Source: an uncultured Anaerolineae bacterium | GTDB taxonomy: Bacteria > Chloroflexota > Anaerolineae > DAOTYC01 | Assembly: GCA_964589015.1 (NCBI GenBank) | Contig: CAZPTF010000001.1 | Coordinates: 1 to 61,468 of the forward strand | Direction of reading: 5' to 3' | Length of the DNA stretch: 61,468 nt | In this document: positions 60,195-61,468 of the stretch, piece by piece | Position numbering within the stretch: position 1 is the first letter of the stretch | Layout of the letters: every line of letters begins with the position of its first letter | Program-made: the position numbers and the translations under genes | Notes under the pieces: generated by a model | The model's input: only the letters and a program-made list of their open reading frames with translations | What the model was told of the DNA's origin: nothing | The model's database searches: none

Positions 60195-61345
60195 CGCTGG
60201 ACGAGTACATTCGCGGAGTGACAAGCCAGCTTGAGCGACGTGTCCGAGAGCTGCGTATGCGAATTCATCGGCAGCTTCCAAGGGACTACGACGCGCTGGC
60301 GCAGAAATGCCGAGAGAAGCTAGATGGTGTACTGGTCGACCTTCGCTCTGTTCGTGACGAATACGCCGACGTAGATAGTCAGCCGGCTCGATTGCGACAC
60401 CTCAGACGAACGGTGTCGGACCTCAGCCAGCTTGAGACAGTAGCCGTCGCGGCGCTGGATCGTGCGAGAGAAGACGATCATTACCTAAACGAGTTGCTGT
60501 ATCGAATCACTCGCGAGATCGGGTATCCGCTTATAACACCGGTTGTCACCACGCTGTCGAGTGAGTACTTCCACATTTACCCCGACTTCAACCTCTTGTG
60601 CGTGCCCCTCAGCGAGGGGAAGTTCTTGCTACACCTGCCAGATCTTTATCATGAGCTGGCTCACCCGCTTCTAGTTGTTCGTGATGAACCACTAGTTGAG
60701 TCTTTCCAACGCGCTCAGGATGCTTGCCTGGCGCAAGTGCTATCCTACTTGCAGGGTGAGAAAACGAAGGCGGGGCGGCGGCGATCACCGGATTCGTTGA
60801 GCTACCAGATCGAACTGTGGGAGCTGACCTGGATCCGTTCGTGGCTGGACGAGTTCATGTGCGATCTTTTCGCAGTGTACACATTGGGGCCCGCTTTCGC
60901 GTGGTCGCATCTGCATCTCTCAATGCTGCGTGGTCAGGATCCCTTTGAAGTTCCAAGGCTGCAGTTTTCAAGTCACCCAGCAGACGATGCGCGGATGCAA
61001 ACGATGCTTGTCGGCCTAGCTCAATCCGGGTTCGAACAGGGCGCTGGTGAGATCGAGGAAGCTTGGCGGTCCTTTCTGTGTAGCTGCGGCGCGAGCGCGG
61101 AACCTGAATATGGGCACTGCTTTCCCGCACCGTTACTGGCTACCATTGCGGGAGCGACGCGACGGGGTATCGCGGGAATGAAGTGCCGATTGGCGGAGCC
61201 ATCAACTTCGGATCCCGTGCATCTGTGTCTGTCAGACGCGTGGCGGGAGTTTCGGCGCGATCCATCCGGATACCCCCAATGGGAGGAAACCTGTGTGCGC
61301 GAACGGCTCATAAGCAACGGAGTTGGTCGAGTTATTCGTGGCTAG
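60191..61345 (+). CDS. hypothetical HExxH (zincin-like) protein (384 aa), pAgo-operon accessory
   Basis: ATGA overlap with the upstream gene. 'LYHELAHPL' (60650-60664) is followed ~63 aa later by 'WLDEFMCDLFAVYTLGPAF', a possible gluzincin third ligand. Confidence 0.75.
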   Translation: MTLDEYIRGVTSQLERRVRELRMRIHRQLPRDYDALAQKCREKLDGVLVDLRSVRDEYADVDSQPARLRHLRRTVSDLSQLETVAVAALDRAREDDHYLNELLYRITREIGYPLITPVVTTLSSEYFHIYPDFNLLCVPLSEGKFLLHLPDLYHELAHPLLVVRDEPLVESFQRAQDACLAQVLSYLQGEKTKAGRRRSPDSLSYQIELWELTWIRSWLDEFMCDLFAVYTLGPAFAWSHLHLSMLRGQDPFEVPRLQFSSHPADDARMQTMLVGLAQSGFEQGAGEIEEAWRSFLCSCGASAEPEYGHCFPAPLLATIAGATRRGIAGMKCRLAEPSTSDPVHLCLSDAWREFRRDPSGYPQWEETCVRERLISNGVGRVIRG

Positions 61346-61468
61346 CGCGACGTCCTCGCACGGATGCTGTCGCAAGAGGCGCTTCAGCTGGTGTCGCCGG
61401 GCGGGTTGAATTAGGCCACCGGTGGGCGGGTTAAAACCGGCCAGTTTTCCTTCCTTCCATATACAACA

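Noticed and set aside
61414-61448. A possible terminator hairpin after the pAgo operon: 'GGCCACCGG-TGGGCGGGTTAAA-ACCGGCC' followed by 'AGTTTT'.
   Set aside because: The stem is imperfect and bulged and the T-run is only 4 nt. That is too weak to call as a feature.
1-61468. I searched by eye for CRISPR arrays, rRNA, integrase or transposase genes, and long direct repeats that could mark element ends.
   Set aside because: None was recognised. The boundaries of the putative element or island therefore cannot be defined from this window alone. A computational repeat search could still find short att-like repeats that I missed.

Overview
High-GC bacterial DNA. I recognised no rRNA, tRNA, CRISPR array, integrase or transposase. 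All functional calls come from by-eye motif recognition on the supplied ORF translations; no HMM or BLAST search was run. Start codons were refined using SD-like sequences and stop/start overlaps.

The window falls into six blocks:
1. 764-12631 (minus): a signalling operon. It holds three Hanks-type Ser/Thr kinases, fused to LamG, to a polytopic membrane domain and to an FGE-sulfatase domain. It also holds an FHA protein and an SPFH-like protein. Three consecutive products carry double zinc ribbons.
2. 13915-24124 (plus): a compact module that looks like part of a mobile element. Most genes are small and unknown. Recognisable ones are a GHKL ATPase, a DnaN-like sliding clamp, an AAA+ ATPase, DUF1257- and DUF2997-like proteins, two paralogous mini-proteins and one antisense GIY-YIG (DUF123-like) gene.
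3. 24570-30472: a translationally coupled membrane/secreted protein pair, a TPR-like protein and unknowns.
4. 30775-35180 (minus): a tightly coupled operon of GHKL ATPase, SprT-like zincin, DUF488 and SplB-like radical SAM. This is a candidate undescribed DNA-directed system.
5. 36663-55638 (minus): about 19 kb of head-to-tail defence genes with almost no intergenic space. In order: an HTH; a DISARM class-1-like set (DrmA/DrmB/endonuclease fusion, DrmD, DrmMI, no PLD DrmC); an SF1 helicase plus two unknowns; and GmrSD plus a CBS-HEPN protein.
6. 56184-61345 (plus, divergent from block 5): XRE, Cas4-like nuclease, a long pAgo with an apparently intact DEDD tetrad, and two unknown proteins. All four junctions are 4-nt overlaps, and a palindromic operator sits inside the promoter.

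The strongest novelty candidates are the pAgo five-gene operon, the GHKL/SprT/DUF488/radical-SAM operon, the non-canonical DISARM-like set and the helicase trio.
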